From Octopus sinensis (Eukaryota): a DNA stretch of 64,000 bases. The notes under the pieces were generated by a model. That model had not been told where the DNA came from. It saw nothing but the letters and a program-made list of their open reading frames with translations, and did not search any database. This document shows, piece by piece, positions 36,321-49,635 of this stretch. How positions within the stretch are numbered: position 1 is the stretch's first letter; every line of letters starts with the position of its first letter. A program made the translations under genes and the position numbers. Location of the stretch: the NCBI RefSeq assembly GCF_006345805.1, contig NC_042998.1:206026001-206090000 (forward strand), given 5' to 3'.

Positions 36321-36323
36321 ATA

Positions 36324-37193
36324 CGAGGTGACATCAAAGAAGTTGCTGTACTACTTCTGTAGCATGCCAACAGATGGCAGCACATGGTTGCATGCGCAGT
36401 TAGAGCTAGTAGTCACCTTCATGAGGCAGTGTGCTGAATGACATTGCTGTGTTTACTTCACAAGTTGTGAAATTTGTATTTTTGTGATCACATGTATACT
36501 GTGGTCTGTGATTTTGTCATGGACAGGAACAAAGAGGCACAAAATTTTATGTTAAACTTGTGAAGTCTGCTACAGAGACATTGAGTATGTTTCAGCAAGC
36601 TTACGTCAATGAGGCAGTGGATCATATGCAATGTTTCAAGTGGTACAGGCACTTCAAAAGTGGAAGAATATCCCTGGAAAATGACGAACAATCTGAAAGA
36701 CATGCCACAAACAGAAATGTGGTATTGTGCATCAATAATTCATCCCCCAGGGTCAGATCATTAATAGACAGTTCTACTGAGATATTCTACAGTGTCTGAG
36801 GGAGGACATTAGGTGAAAGTGACCCCAGATCTGTGGAGCAGGAAGAATTGGATTCTTCATGACAACAATGCACTCTGTCACTGAGCTCTTCTCATGGTAT
36901 CGCTTCTGCACCTGCCCTAGTCACCTGCAGACTTCCATCTCTTCCCTATGATGAAAATGCAGCTCAAAAGTCACCATTTTAATACTGATGTTGAGATCCA
37001 GACCGAATCGCAGGTCCTCAACTTACTTACAGAAAACAACTTCCAGGCCAGATTCCAAATGTGGCATGAACACTGGCACTAGTGTATTGCTGCGCAAGGT
37101 CACTATTTCGAAGGAGATTAGGTTAAAACTAAGGTAAATAAGTTATTTTTTTATTAAACATAACTAGTTCTAGAACTTTTTGATAGCACCTCG
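36324..37193 (+). mobile_element. mariner element, internally deleted, both TIRs present
   Basis: TA-CGAGGTGACATCAAAGAAGTT ... AACTTTTTGATAGCACCTCG-TA; KSATETLSMFQQAY..CFKWYRHFKSGRISLEND; WILHDNNA; DFHLFPMMK. Confidence 0.9.
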
Positions 37194-37339
37194 TATATGA
37201 CAAAGCATTTTTATAATTAGTTCTAGGTCATCAAACTTGATATTACCTTCATCATAAGGAATAAATCTGTTTTCTCTCATGTTTCTTGTTGGCTGTTCAA
37301 ACAATACCAGGTGTCTATATTAATTCTAAAGTTTGGCAC

Positions 37340-38240
37340 AGGCATGGCTGTGTGGTAAGAAGGTTGTTTCCCAGCCACATGGTGCCAGGTTCAGTCCCAC
37401 CACATGGCATCTTGGACACATGTCTTCTACTATAGCTCAGGCTGACCAAATCCTTGTGAGTAGCTTTGGAAGACAGAAACTGAAAGAAGCCTGTCATGTA
37501 TATATATATATATATATCATCATCATCATCATCATCATTGTTTAACGTCCGTTTTCCATGCTGGCATGGGTTGGACGGTTCGACTGGGGTCTGGGAAGCC
37601 AGGAGGCTGCACCAGGCCCCAATCTGATCTGGCAGTGTTTCTACAGCTAGATGCCCTTCCTAATGCCAACCACCCCAAGAATGTAGTGGGTGCTTTTTAT
37701 GTGCCATTGGCACAAGGGCCAGAAGAGCTGGCATCGACCACGATTGGATGGTGCTTTTTACGTGCCACCAGTACGGAAGCCAGTCAATGTGGCACTGGCA
37801 TCAGCCACGTCTAGATGGTGCCTTTTATGTGCTACCGGCATGGGGCTCACAACTACAATTTCCATTTGATTTGATTTTGATTTTGCTGATGTTGATGTAC
37901 TTGACTCAATAGGTCTCCTCAAGCACGGCATGTCGCCCTACGATCCAAGGTACTGTCCAACCCATGCCAGCATGAAAAATGTATCCAAAATGATGATGAT
38001 GTATTTGTGTGTGTGTGTGTGTGTGCATGCCTTTGTGTCTGTATTTCCCCCCCCTACTGCTTGACAACTGATGTTGGTGTGTTTACACTCCCATAACTTA
38101 GCAGTTCAGCAAAATAGTCTGATAGAATAAGTACCAGGCTTAAAAAAAAAAAATCAAGTACTAGGGGTGATTCATTCAACAAAAAATTCTTCATGGTGGT
38201 GCACCAGCATGGCCACAGTCAAATGACTGAAGAAAAATGA
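37340..38240 (+). mobile_element. SINE family A copy interrupted by a minus-strand family B copy (37518-37955)
   Basis: Family A 5' half at 37340-37500 and 3' half at about 38005-38240; B is inserted in the internal microsatellite. Confidence 0.85.
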
Positions 38241-39049
38241 AACTGGGATGTTGGATGACTGTGACAATTTTATTCCCATAATGTGACTAGTCTTCTCAAT
38301 GAATTGGTGGCCCCTTAATACTATCACCATCATACTTAGCAAAATCCAGCATTTTTACATTTGCTTTCAGTTGGGAATCCAGTTAAGCAAGTTTTTTAGA
38401 CTTGGAGTAAAATGGACCAGAACAGGCTCCTTTCATAAGTTCAATATTTTTGTAGGTTGAAACAGGACATAAATCATTAAATGTAAGAAAGTTCATAAAG
38501 TTCTTCTCACCGTATATTGTAGTATGGCCTTTTGCCTTTTATCATCTACTGTAGTTCCCACATTTCTTATGTATTGAGTTAATTCTTTCAAGAATGTGCC
38601 ATTGTAGCCAGTGAAGTCTGGTGTTGAGTGCCAAGAATGACGAGACACCATTTATCATTATTCTAATATTTCCAGAAATATGTTTATTTCAAAATCAATG
38701 TAGTCTTATTGTAAAGTGTTTATCCAAAACAATACCATGGCAACAAGAGGTCCTTCATCTCCAAAAGCTTTATTCAACTGAACAACAAAATTTTTTCCAT
38801 CAAACGGGAGACCATGTTAATTAGCATCACATGACCATTAGAGTGAGTCATGTGATGTAATTGTGTGAGGTAGGAAATACTACTTTACAAATACTGCAAA
38901 ACATTTTTTATAACATTCTAATAATTTTGCCAATAATGATGATAATGAAGCCAAACACCCAACATCAATCTATGATCCATGATTACAGCTCAGTCGAAGA
39001 AAAAAGCTGAGAAAAGATGTAACATTCGGAAGATAGCCACACTAGTTCA

Positions 39050-40570
39050 GCCTAGTTTTCATCCTCATTGTCATCATCACGGTCCAGATACATCAGCCTC
39101 ACTACATGCCTGTGCATCATCAGTAACAGTATAACCAAGTGGAGTGTTTACAGCAGTTGGGTTGCTTGACTGGTGGAAGCTGCCCTTTCCGTAAGAAGCA
39201 GAAAAGCATGCACTCCAGTTTGGTCAGATGTTTCTTAGCTCAGGGTATGACAGTTCAGCAATAATATGCCACCAAAGCAATGAAGACATTAGTTACTCAT
39301 GCCTCGCCTTTCAGAGGCAACTTCCTGCTGGCCCATTCCTAAATGAAACCAGCTCCCCTGCTCACAACCAGGAGAGTTGGTTCAAACCAGACTGAGCACT
39401 TTACCTAGGCCCTCAGCAAAGCAACAGAACCTGCCACTGGCCATCATAGATTTGCCTCAATAAAAACCATGCTTAAAGCCCACCAGCTTGTTCTGGTTGA
39501 TGTCTTCTCTATACTCCTGGTATTCTTTCAGCGTAGTATTTATCACTTCTATATCTAATAAAGCCTGACACTATGACAGGGACATCATCTCCATCCAACA
39601 TAGGTCTCCTAGGATCCAGTTTAACCCTTTAGTATTTAAACCGGCCATATCCAGCCAAAATATTTAATTTGTTTTATGTTCAAACTGACCAGATCCAGGC
39701 TCTCACACCTACCCTACAATGTTATTCTACATAAAGTAATTACACCATCAAGATCTTGAAGATATGAGATAATGCATGATTAATTCAAATCAATGGGAAT
39801 CAATAAGCATTATGTTTGATAGAATAATCTGAACACTAAAGGGTTAAGCAGGCTACCCAACAAAGTCTCCATCTTCCTCAACAAAGACTCCAAAGCCAAA
39901 ACATACAGGAAAGAGAAAAGGAAGGCAACTATGATGGATCAAACATTCGATGTCAAACAATTCAGTAAAATGGCTGTTTAATTTGACTGCCAAACAGATG
40001 CTGAAATGCATTGTAGTGATCCAGCCTTTGAAGATGAGACTGAAACTGACAGCTCTTAAGAACAGCCACTAGGTAGTTATGGTCCATTCTGTTAAATGCT
40101 TTGAACTGGTCTAAATTGATCGGCTAGATCAATTCTTGATTCACTCTATGATGTATCACATTACGTGGTGGTTCTTGGAGATAATTTGTTGAGAATTGCA
40201 CAGCTTAGCATATCAACTACACTATTGATAACAAACATCAGTCTTTCTACAAACACTTTTGCTGAAATACCTTCAACTCTGTGTTGAGCAGAGAGGTAGT
40301 CTGAAATTTTCTGCCATGTCCCCCTTGTTCTGATCCTTCCTCAACAGCATCACCACTCTCCAACTCACTCAAGTGCTCCAGTTGAGTGTTTACTACAACT
40401 TCCAGTTTGCTACCAAGACAAGAGTAAACAAGGCTGGCACTTGGAAAAATAACTCACAGGAGAGACCATCCACTCCTGTTGATTTTTCACCCTACAATGC
40501 TGCTCAGAATGCCTGCCTCTCTGTTAGCTGAAATCAGCTTTTTGCAGTGTTTGGTCCCTTCTTGCTCAAG
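39050..40570 (-). pseudogene. Decayed L1/Tx1-clade LINE RT, interrupted by a piggyBac-type MITE
   Basis: INLDQFKAFNRMDHNYL..FKGWI; DGDDVPVIVS..INTTLKEYQE..INQNK on the minus strand. Confidence 0.65.
39621..39847. mobile_element. piggyBac-type MITE
   Basis: TTAA-CCCTTTAGT...ACTAAAGGG-TTAA. Confidence 0.85.
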
Positions 40571-41104
40571 TAGATATCAAAATCCATTGTTTCCAACACA
40601 CATCATCAAGGACTGTGGTAAAGTGTTTCTTGAAAACCATGCTTGTCTGTTTAGAATTGAAGAGTACAAACCTGATGCGATACACCATAGACTGAATTCT
40701 AGTTCTGTTGCCAAGTTATATCTTCACCACCTAAGCTCAAGCGAATGGCTACAGAGAACTGGATGTGAAAAATGAGAATATAAGAGTAAAGGAAAAACAG
40801 GAATATAAAAGAATGCAAGAACAAATAAGAGAAAATAGGAGTAAAGGAAAATAAAGGATTACAGAAAATAGGCTTATAATCTGATATAAGAGAATATAAG
40901 AAGATAGAGAAGGATGGTGAAAGGATGAAAAAGAATAGAAATTAAAATTATAAAAAAAAATGGAGAGAAAAAGGAAAAGAAGGAAACAGAAAACAAGGTA
41001 AAAAGAATAAAGATTTAATTGAGAAAAAAAGAGTAAAAAGTGGAAAGAGAGAATGAAGAAGAAAGAGAAAAAATAGGGACAAAGAAAGAACGAAAGCCAA
41101 ACTG

Positions 41105-41271
41105 ATGCGTGTGTGCGTGTGTGTGTGTGTGTATGTATGTGTGTATGTTTATGTATGTATGAAATACATATATATATATATGCATGTATATATATTATAT
41201 GTATAGATACATATATATGTGTATGAATGCACATGTATGAGTATATATTTGTATATGTATGTGTATATATA

Positions 41272-41307
<36 letters not shown>

Positions 41308-41423
41308 TGTATGTATGTATGTATGTATGTATGTATGTATGTATGTATGTATGCATGCATGCATGTATGTATGTATGTATATGAATATATATATATGAAT
41401 ATATATATATGAATATATATATA

Positions 41424-41477
<54 letters not shown>

Positions 41478-41575
41478 TACACACACACACACATATACAC
41501 ACACATAATATATACATACACATGCAAACACATATGTGTTCATAAATACATACACATAACTATATACACTTACAG
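41105..41575. repeat. (TG)n/(TATG)n/(TA)n/(CA)n microsatellite cluster
   Basis: Directly visible in the sequence. Confidence 0.95.
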
Positions 41576-43851
41576 TTTATATATAGTGTGTGAGTAGAGA
41601 GAGGAGAGAGAGAAAGAATTACATTAATGAATAGATGAATAGCGGAGAAGAAAAGATTGGATAGTGACAGAATTGCTAAAGAAAATGATTAAAATCAGAA
41701 AGTAGGGGGGGGGGGAGAGGGAGTAATAACTAGAGAGAAAAAGAATGTTTGAGAGGGAAAGAGGGGAAAGGGAGTATGAAAGGCTAGAGTGGCAATGCAA
41801 ATTGACTTTGAAGCACATGACTACAATTTGCATTTAGTCGGAGAAAGAACGGAGGTGAAAGCCACGTAACGTTTCCTGGCTTCAAGGAACTTACACAACA
41901 CAAAAATGAATGAATAATTAATTTTTAGTCTGGAAATGAATGATTCGGATATAAATGGCTTTTGTTTGTTTTTAATAATTTTTTTAAATTGTTAAATAGT
42001 GTGTATGTGTGTGTGTTTGTGTGTGTGTGGACACATGAGAGACAGAAAAAGAGAAGAAGAGTGGGGAAGAATGAATGTCAAAAAAAATTGCAATTTAAAT
42101 GAATTATTTTCTCAGTGGTGGTGTTTGGTAAACATGAGATAATAATAGCATATTTATTAATGATGATAAGGCTAAGGAGATGAAAGTTGGGCAAATGATT
42201 GTTATTTTCTTTAGCCTTAAAAAAGGGAGAAGATTCTTCTAGCCTATCCCAATCATTAGGTCAGAGTGGAGATGCTGTGTGGACTCTTCAAGCTACCATA
42301 CAGTCACATGGTATCTGAAATCCAGTATGAGCCAACACAAGAGGTTCTACAGTCACTCAACTTGTAAGAAACAGCAATCAAATATCCCTCCCATCATCAT
42401 CTTAAAAAAGATTGAACTGTCCTCAAGCTAAACAAAAAATACCTTGTAAAAGCCAAAAGTCAACAACTTGAAGAATACAACCAGAAATTCTTGGGTTACT
42501 GGAGTACAAAAAGAGGGGACGTTTTCTCTTTTTAAAGGTTTAGTATCATGAAGGGTCTGTACTGATGATCTCCCTGTCATCACCACAGCAAATTTAGTGC
42601 AAGTGGTAGAGATAAAAAGTAGATTGATGATAACAAAAATTTCTTTATAAAATAAAGCATTTTTCACCTTCTTCCTCTCCTTTTGCTCATTCTTCTTCAC
42701 TGGTTTATTCCCTACGTTTCACAGGAAACTTGAATACCTGAGGATCTTGTGGACAAGATATTTCAAAACAGAATACATTATAATTGTTTCACATTACTTT
42801 CTCTAAACTTATTATAGAAGACTTGAATTCAAAACACAAAACTAATGAAAATTACTAATAATTATAGTTACAGTATCTTCCTTTTGTGGTCAACTGTATT
42901 TTGGGAAGTGTGAGTGGAGGATTTTGATCCAGAGTCCTCCACTTACACTCAATTCAACCAGTACTAGATTATCTTAGTGTATTGTTATTACAGGTGAATT
43001 ATTTCTAGCTGACCAAGCAACCATGTAGAGATTCCCTTGTTGGAATGTAAATCAAATGAAACAAGCTGTCATCAATGTTTGTTGTTAGGTCACTTTCTGG
43101 TAACGAACTATCAAGTTAGCAACAGCTGAGCTCAATAAAATGTGGCCAACCACATAACTGTGTATCAATGTTAAGGTCTCACCACTGTACAGACACTTAA
43201 AAACATTAACAATGAAAACAACTCAGAAAAGAAGACAAAGAAAGAGCAGGTGAAACTCAAAAGACAAATATAAAACATGTGTGTAACTTATCTATAACTT
43301 ATTAATATGCAGTCCCCAGTACACTCTGTAACATGGTTGGCATTAGGAAGGGTATCAAGCCATAGCAAACCCTACCAAAACAGACAACTAGAGCCTAGTG
43401 CAGCTCTTGAGCTTGTCAGTTCCTGTCAAAGCAGCCAACCCATGTCAGCATGGAAAACGGATGCTAAATGATGATAATGATGAATATATGCAAATCCTAA
43501 GAGTTTTTAGCGATACAAAAAAATGATGAAAACCTTGACCCTGTCATTCAAAAATAGAAATCAAATTCTCTTCAAACCACACTTTAACATCTTATAAAAA
43601 GTAGGACACATTAAATAATGTACTCCTAGATTGTATGTCTGTTGCAGAAAGAGCAAGAAGTAACTTTACTCAACCTTTTTACATCCTAAATTGTTTGGAT
43701 AGTCTGCCTCAGAACAAAGAGATGAAGGATAACCAACAAGAAATTTAAATCAAACCAATAAAACTGAACATCTCTTACCAGGGTACAGAACCATGACAAA
43801 CCACTTTCTCTCACAGAATTGACTGCAACTTCAACATCAACCGTTTGGTAT

Positions 43852-44058
43852 TTCACCCTTTAGCATTCAGATTAATCTGTCAAATGTATTTATTCCTATT
43901 TATTCACATTGTTTTGAATTGATCCTGTAGTATGTCATAGCTTCAAGATTTCAGTGATGTGATTGTATATTTTTAGAATGAAATTGCAGAGTAGGTATGA
44001 GAGGCTGAATCTAACCAGTTTGAACCAGATATGGCTGGTTTAAATGCTAGAGGGTTAA
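43852..44058. mobile_element. piggyBac-type MITE (opposite orientation)
   Basis: TTCACCCTTTAGCA...TGCTAGAGGGTTAA; internal sequence is the reverse complement of the 39621 copy. Confidence 0.75.
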
Positions 44059-44148
44059 CATGACTGATATTGGGATGGTAGAAACAGAATGCAACCAGAT
44101 TAAATATCCTCCAGTAATTTAGCTTAATCCACTAAATACTCATTTTTT

Positions 44149-44530
44149 ATCATCATCGTTTAACGTCCGTTTTCCATGCTAGCATGGGTTGGATGGTTCG
44201 ACCGGGGTCTGGGAAGCCAGGAGGCTGCACCAGGCCCAGTCTGATCTGGCAGTGTTTCTACAGCTGGATGCCCTTCCTAATGCCAACCACTCTGAGTGTA
44301 GAGCAAGCTTTTTACATGCCACTGGCACAGGTGCCAGGTGAAGTTAGCAATGGCCACGATCAGTTGGCGCTTTTTACGTGCCACCGGCATGGAAGCCAGT
44401 CAAGGCGGTGCTGGCATTGGCCATGTTCGGATGGTGCATTTTACGTGCCACCGGCACAGGTATCACAACTACAATTTCCATTTGACTTTTTGATGTTGAT
44501 GTACTTGACTCAATAGGTCTCCTCAAGCAC
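44149..44530 (-). mobile_element. SINE-like family B copy
   Basis: Tail, core, internal units and the 5' part GTACTTGACTCAATAGGTCTCCTCAAGCAC shared with 37518-37955. Confidence 0.85.
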
Positions 44531-45070
44531 AATGTCTCCTAAAAGTGATTGAGGATAATAGAATACATATTGGAGAGTAGTTCAATCATGAGTCTACTCA
44601 TCTTTTAGAAATGCTTATGATGATGGTTGTGCATCTAGAAAAACAGAGACAAATAGGACAAGAACTCCAAGTTAAGATGAAGAAATGTGTCAGTGATCTA
44701 AGTTCAATTCTTAGCCACAGCTAGTTCTCAAGTTCAATACATTACACCCACCCACCCTCCCACACACGCATCATCGTTCTACCTTCTAAGATCAATAGAA
44801 CCAGTCAGAACTAGTAATGGAAACATTTAAACAACAACAAACAATTGATTTTGTGTTACTCAAGAGTGGTGACTGCATAAATATTTCTCTTTATAATATA
44901 TGTACACATATATATATATATACACGAAATGTCAGAGCTTATATGTCCATGGCCATTGGAGTCTCATGATTCGTCTATAAGGCTAAATGCTTTATGGATG
45001 TGTAGCCATTGGTCACTCTATGACCGGCATATAATTAACTTCCTGTATACACACACATATACATGGCCAT

Positions 45071-45350
45071 CTTAAACTGCACGCTCCTTTCTTTCAGATC
45101 CCTTGGCACTTCTTCCCCACCTCTCTTGTCCTTCATGTGTACCAAATGCCCATACCACTACAGTCTTCTCCATGTACACTACATCTGATTCCAATTAGAA
45201 CCAGTTCTTCTCTCAACTCATTTGTATTATGTCTATCATGGATGCTAACATTATGTGTGTTCAGTGGGTTATACTTGCTTTTTTCCTTTCTAACTTTCAC
45301 ACTGAATACCCAAGCTTCACACATACTGTATACAGTATACACAGCCTACA
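45071..45350 (-). repeat. RTE-LINE-derived fragment, duplicated at 54752-55032
   Basis: NVSIHDRHNTNELREELVLIGIRCSV; near-identical second copy. Confidence 0.8.
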
Positions 45351-46435
45351 CTATACACAATGTCCACATCAACACCATCTATTGCCTGCAACAGCGATAC
45401 AGTAACAACAACAGCAATGCAGAATGTCCCCGCAGAGGGCGCCCTCGGAGGACCACTGCACCCACCTGCAATGCCTTCGTGATTGTTTCAGACCGGCCAG
45501 TGTGACAGTTTGCAAGACCATAGGCACTGGACAGTGACCCATCAGCAAGGACACAGTACAATGTTGACTGGCTGCAATGTTGACCTGCATTGCCATCATG
45601 CTGCTTGAGGGCCTGTCTTCACTGCACGCCACCATCAGGCATGACTACAATGGGCTACACAGCATCAACAATGGAGATCAATAGTCTTCTCTGACAAGAG
45701 CTGGTACTGCGTTTCTACCTTGGATGGCAGAGTGAGGGTGTAGTGTAGGAAGAGTGAACACTACAGAGACATGTGTCATGGAGAGAGATGCATGGGATGG
45801 CCAAAGCGTCACGGTTTGAGGTGCTAGAGGCCTGAATCAGAGAACTGGGCTCCATGTGTTCCAAAATGTTGGTGCAGGCATCACAGCAGAGTGCTATGTT
45901 GACCAGATCCTAAGACCTTACATTGTGCCCATCTTTATGCATCACCATAGCCATGTGTTCCAGCAGAACAATGCTCCCTCCCACACAACCAGGGTCACCA
46001 TGGATTTCCTAAATCAGCACAACATCAGAACCATGCCATGGATGGCTCTCAGCCTGGATTTGAACCCAATTGAACACCTGTGGGATGAAATCCAGAGTTG
46101 TCTGAACCAGGTGGTCCCAAGGCTGACAACTCGTGTGGTGTGGGCACAGGTGTCAATGGCTTTTGTGAACTGCCTCATGCACTCTATGTACCGACGGTGT
46201 ATGGCTGTTTTGAACACCCAGGGAGGGCATACACAGTATTGAATATATCATGCTCTACTATCTCGATGTGCTGGATCTGCCCACTACCAGAACACATGAC
46301 AATGACCCATAGGCTGTGGTCAAAGTACATCCAAGAAACTGACTTTATCAGATTTATCAAAATTATCTCTGACATAATGAAATTAAAACATATTTCACAG
46401 TCACACACGTCTTGTGTTTCTTTTGCAGTTCAATG
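45351..46435 (+). mobile_element. Tc1-family (DD34E) transposon, decayed, left end lost
   Basis: PRRGRPRRTT, FSDKSW, FQQNNAPSHT, SLDLNPIEHLWDEI, VLNTQGGHTQY; right TIR-like GTTTCTTTTGCAGTTCAATG-TA. Confidence 0.88.
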
Positions 46436-49144
46436 TATACAAAAATATGTGTGTTTAAATGTAAATAGGTATGTGTGTGCATAATGGTGCTTCTGTGTAA
46501 AGTAAAACTGCAAAAAATGTAAAGATGTTCAGAAAAGAGAGAAGAGGAAGACCCTCTTCTTGTCAATCCAAGCCAACCACTGCCATAAATAGAAATATAA
46601 ACCAATGTGGAAGTTTCCACAGGGTTGATTGACACACTAGAAGTTGCAGCCAAATCACAGTTTATTACCTTAAAACAAAGAAAAAAGCGCACAATCTGAA
46701 AATGAGTTAGAATGGTCATAACTGGAACGCTTTGCTTCTAAGACCAGGAGCTACAACAACAACAACAACAACGTATGTCTCCTATGGTTTCTCAACAGAC
46801 CAATCCTGTTAGAGTGTCATATTTGAGTGGAAGCTCAAACCATACACAAGTGTCACACTTGACTGAATGATAAATCCAAATTAGATTGTGTGACATTAGA
46901 TTGTGAAACATGTCAACTAAATTCTAGAGGATCTTTTAATATCTGCTGCTTAGTCTGGTTTCATGGTGTTAAGCTGAAGGGGGACAAATATACAAATAAG
47001 GCACAAGTCCATTTTAGGTACCATTACTAGACACCTTAGTATTCATTCCCCCATAATAACCCTAAATATTTCAATTGTAGGTTTAAACTCATAACTTTCA
47101 AAATGAGAAAGTAACCATCCATTTCACCTTACTGCTATCTCATAATTTTATTGCTTATCAAGAGAAATAATGACAGTAACCCCCGTACATGACCTTTCAC
47201 AAGCAAGAGTGCAGAAACTGGTGAGAAAGAGGATGTAATCTTCAAACCAGAGACTGAGTTCAAAAACTTACAATGGTGAAAATTTCACTGAATGCACCCA
47301 AGGACCAAGCGATGGTGTGAAATGATGGAAATTAAGTCTACCATGCAATAACTGTGAAGTACATAAGAATAAGTAACTTAATTTCAGCCCAACTATGGAC
47401 CATGTGACCGGAAACAGACCAAAGTGACTAGTGAAGTCATAAAGCAAAATGAAAAGACAACCCAACAAGCTAGCCTCCACATTGCCACTAAATCTGCTAG
47501 AAAAAGCAACCAATTTTCTCTCTCAATGCCCTGAACTATCCTTAAAAAGGCAGGGTACATTGGATAATGCAATTCTAAATACACCAAGTACAGGAAAAGA
47601 AAACACTTTTAGCCACAGGTATGCCAAATCAAGCTCATAAACAGAATCAGGTTGAATCCTCATAGGGAGCCACCATAAGCCATACTTGAACATTTATCTA
47701 CCTATGCGGGCTTTTGTAAAAAATTGGCGATTGCCTATATATGCAAGTCACTCCTCTCTACCCAATTAGAGTTGTTCAAGAGGGAGACCGCTATTTTAGG
47801 GCCAATACAACTTGACACCAATGTTGTCACAGACTTACAAATACTATCAGGCACCTCACCCAACCCTTTAAGAGTCCTACCAAACCAGGGTTCATGGATT
47901 GGGTGTTTTTCTATTTACCCTGAAAGGATGAAAGACAAAGTAAATCATAGCTAGATTTGAACTCAGAGTGTACAGTTAACCTCTTCAACAAATTTCAATA
48001 ACTAATAGGAGTCCTTATTTGTATGTGTGGTGGGGTATGTACATGTGTGTGTGTGCATGCATGTGTGTACAAGTGTCTGTCTCGTGTATGGGAGCAGTGT
48101 TCATAAGTGTGAACTCTTATTTTGCACATGTCAAGTGCTGAGCACTGGATGACCTATTCTGGGCTAAAGAACGGAATTCAGGATAGGTAGATGGAAACAC
48201 TTGATGTAACAGTCATCGCTGGTTCCTTATATGGCTATTTGTGTAACAAATAAAGCTTAGCACAGTTTTGTGGCACAATTTACATTATGTTACCTGAGAG
48301 ATTCTACTTGATTAAAGTTTTCTAGAATCTAGTTTATGATTCTTTTCAGGCTGTTTTTAGCCTAGGCAAGAATTGTACCATAACAGTGTAGACCTTGAAT
48401 CTGTTTGGTAGAAGTAGAGTAGTAAATAACTCCTGTTAGCTAAGTAACAGGAAAAGCCAGCAATAAGAACAATTTAGAAGAATGCAATAAAAGATTTCTT
48501 TTGCTGAATGAATTTAAAACTTAGCCGCAATCACAAATGAGTGTAACATTTATCCTACTTTCACTGTTTTAGGTATCCATGTAGTCATGGACAGAGACCC
48601 TCTCAGCCCTCCTAGCCTTGACTCAATGGAACATAGAAGAGGATGTAACAACTGGAGGGAAGAAAAAGGACTGAAACAACAATCACCTGCTATTCGTTCT
48701 CAGCTAAGTAAACTGGACCTGTGCTTTGCTCAAGAACACAATAAGCTGTCTGGTCACAATCGAACCTACAGTTTTATATTTGTGAAGCCAACATCTGAAT
48801 AATGTACTGTCATCTGTATGGAGAAAGATTATAAAAGAAATATGTAATGGAAAATTGCTTGTGACAAGAATGGTATAACAACAACTAAAGGACAACATGG
48901 TTTTGGTGGCCAAGTTAGTCTTCCTCAAGAGTCCACAAGTCAAGTAATTAACTCCAGTTTTAGAAATGTTAAGTAGGTGACAATCTGATACTGAACAAGT
49001 TGATAATATATTCTAGTTAAGTGCCCTACAAATAACCCCATGGTCAAGACACCCAAGTAACAACACTTCCATGTGGCACGCTTGAACAATTGTGAAGATA
49101 TTTTCACATGAAACCACTGGTAGCCTTGTTGATCAACAAATAAC

Positions 49145-49635
49145 TCGTGGCCGATGCCAGCGCCACCTCCACTGGCTTCCGTGCCGGTGGCACGTAAAAT
49201 ACACCAATCCGACCGTATGACAGGCACCCATGCCAACCCCATTGCTTGCGAAGACATGTTGGGGCAAGCGAAATCGAAATCGAATTGAACCAGCCAGGAT
49301 CCCTGGTCTGGTGGTACATAAAAAGCACTATCCGACTCATGGCCGATGCCAGCACCCCCTCGTTTGGCTTCCGTGCAGGTGGCACATAAAATACACCAAT
49401 CCGACCGTGGCCGTTGCCAGCCTCGCCTGGCACCTGTGCAGGTGGCACGTGAAAAGCACCCACTACACTCACGGAGTGGTTGGCGTTAGGAAGGGCATCC
49501 AGCTGTAGAAACACTGCCAGATCAGACTGGAGCCTGGTGCAGCCTTCTGGCTTCCCAGATCCCCGGTCGAACCGTCCAACCCATGCTAGCATGGAGAACG
49601 GACGTTAAACGATGATGATGATGATGATGATGATG
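49145..49635 (+). mobile_element. SINE-like family B copy
   Basis: Internal units, core and (GAT)n tail. Confidence 0.88.
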
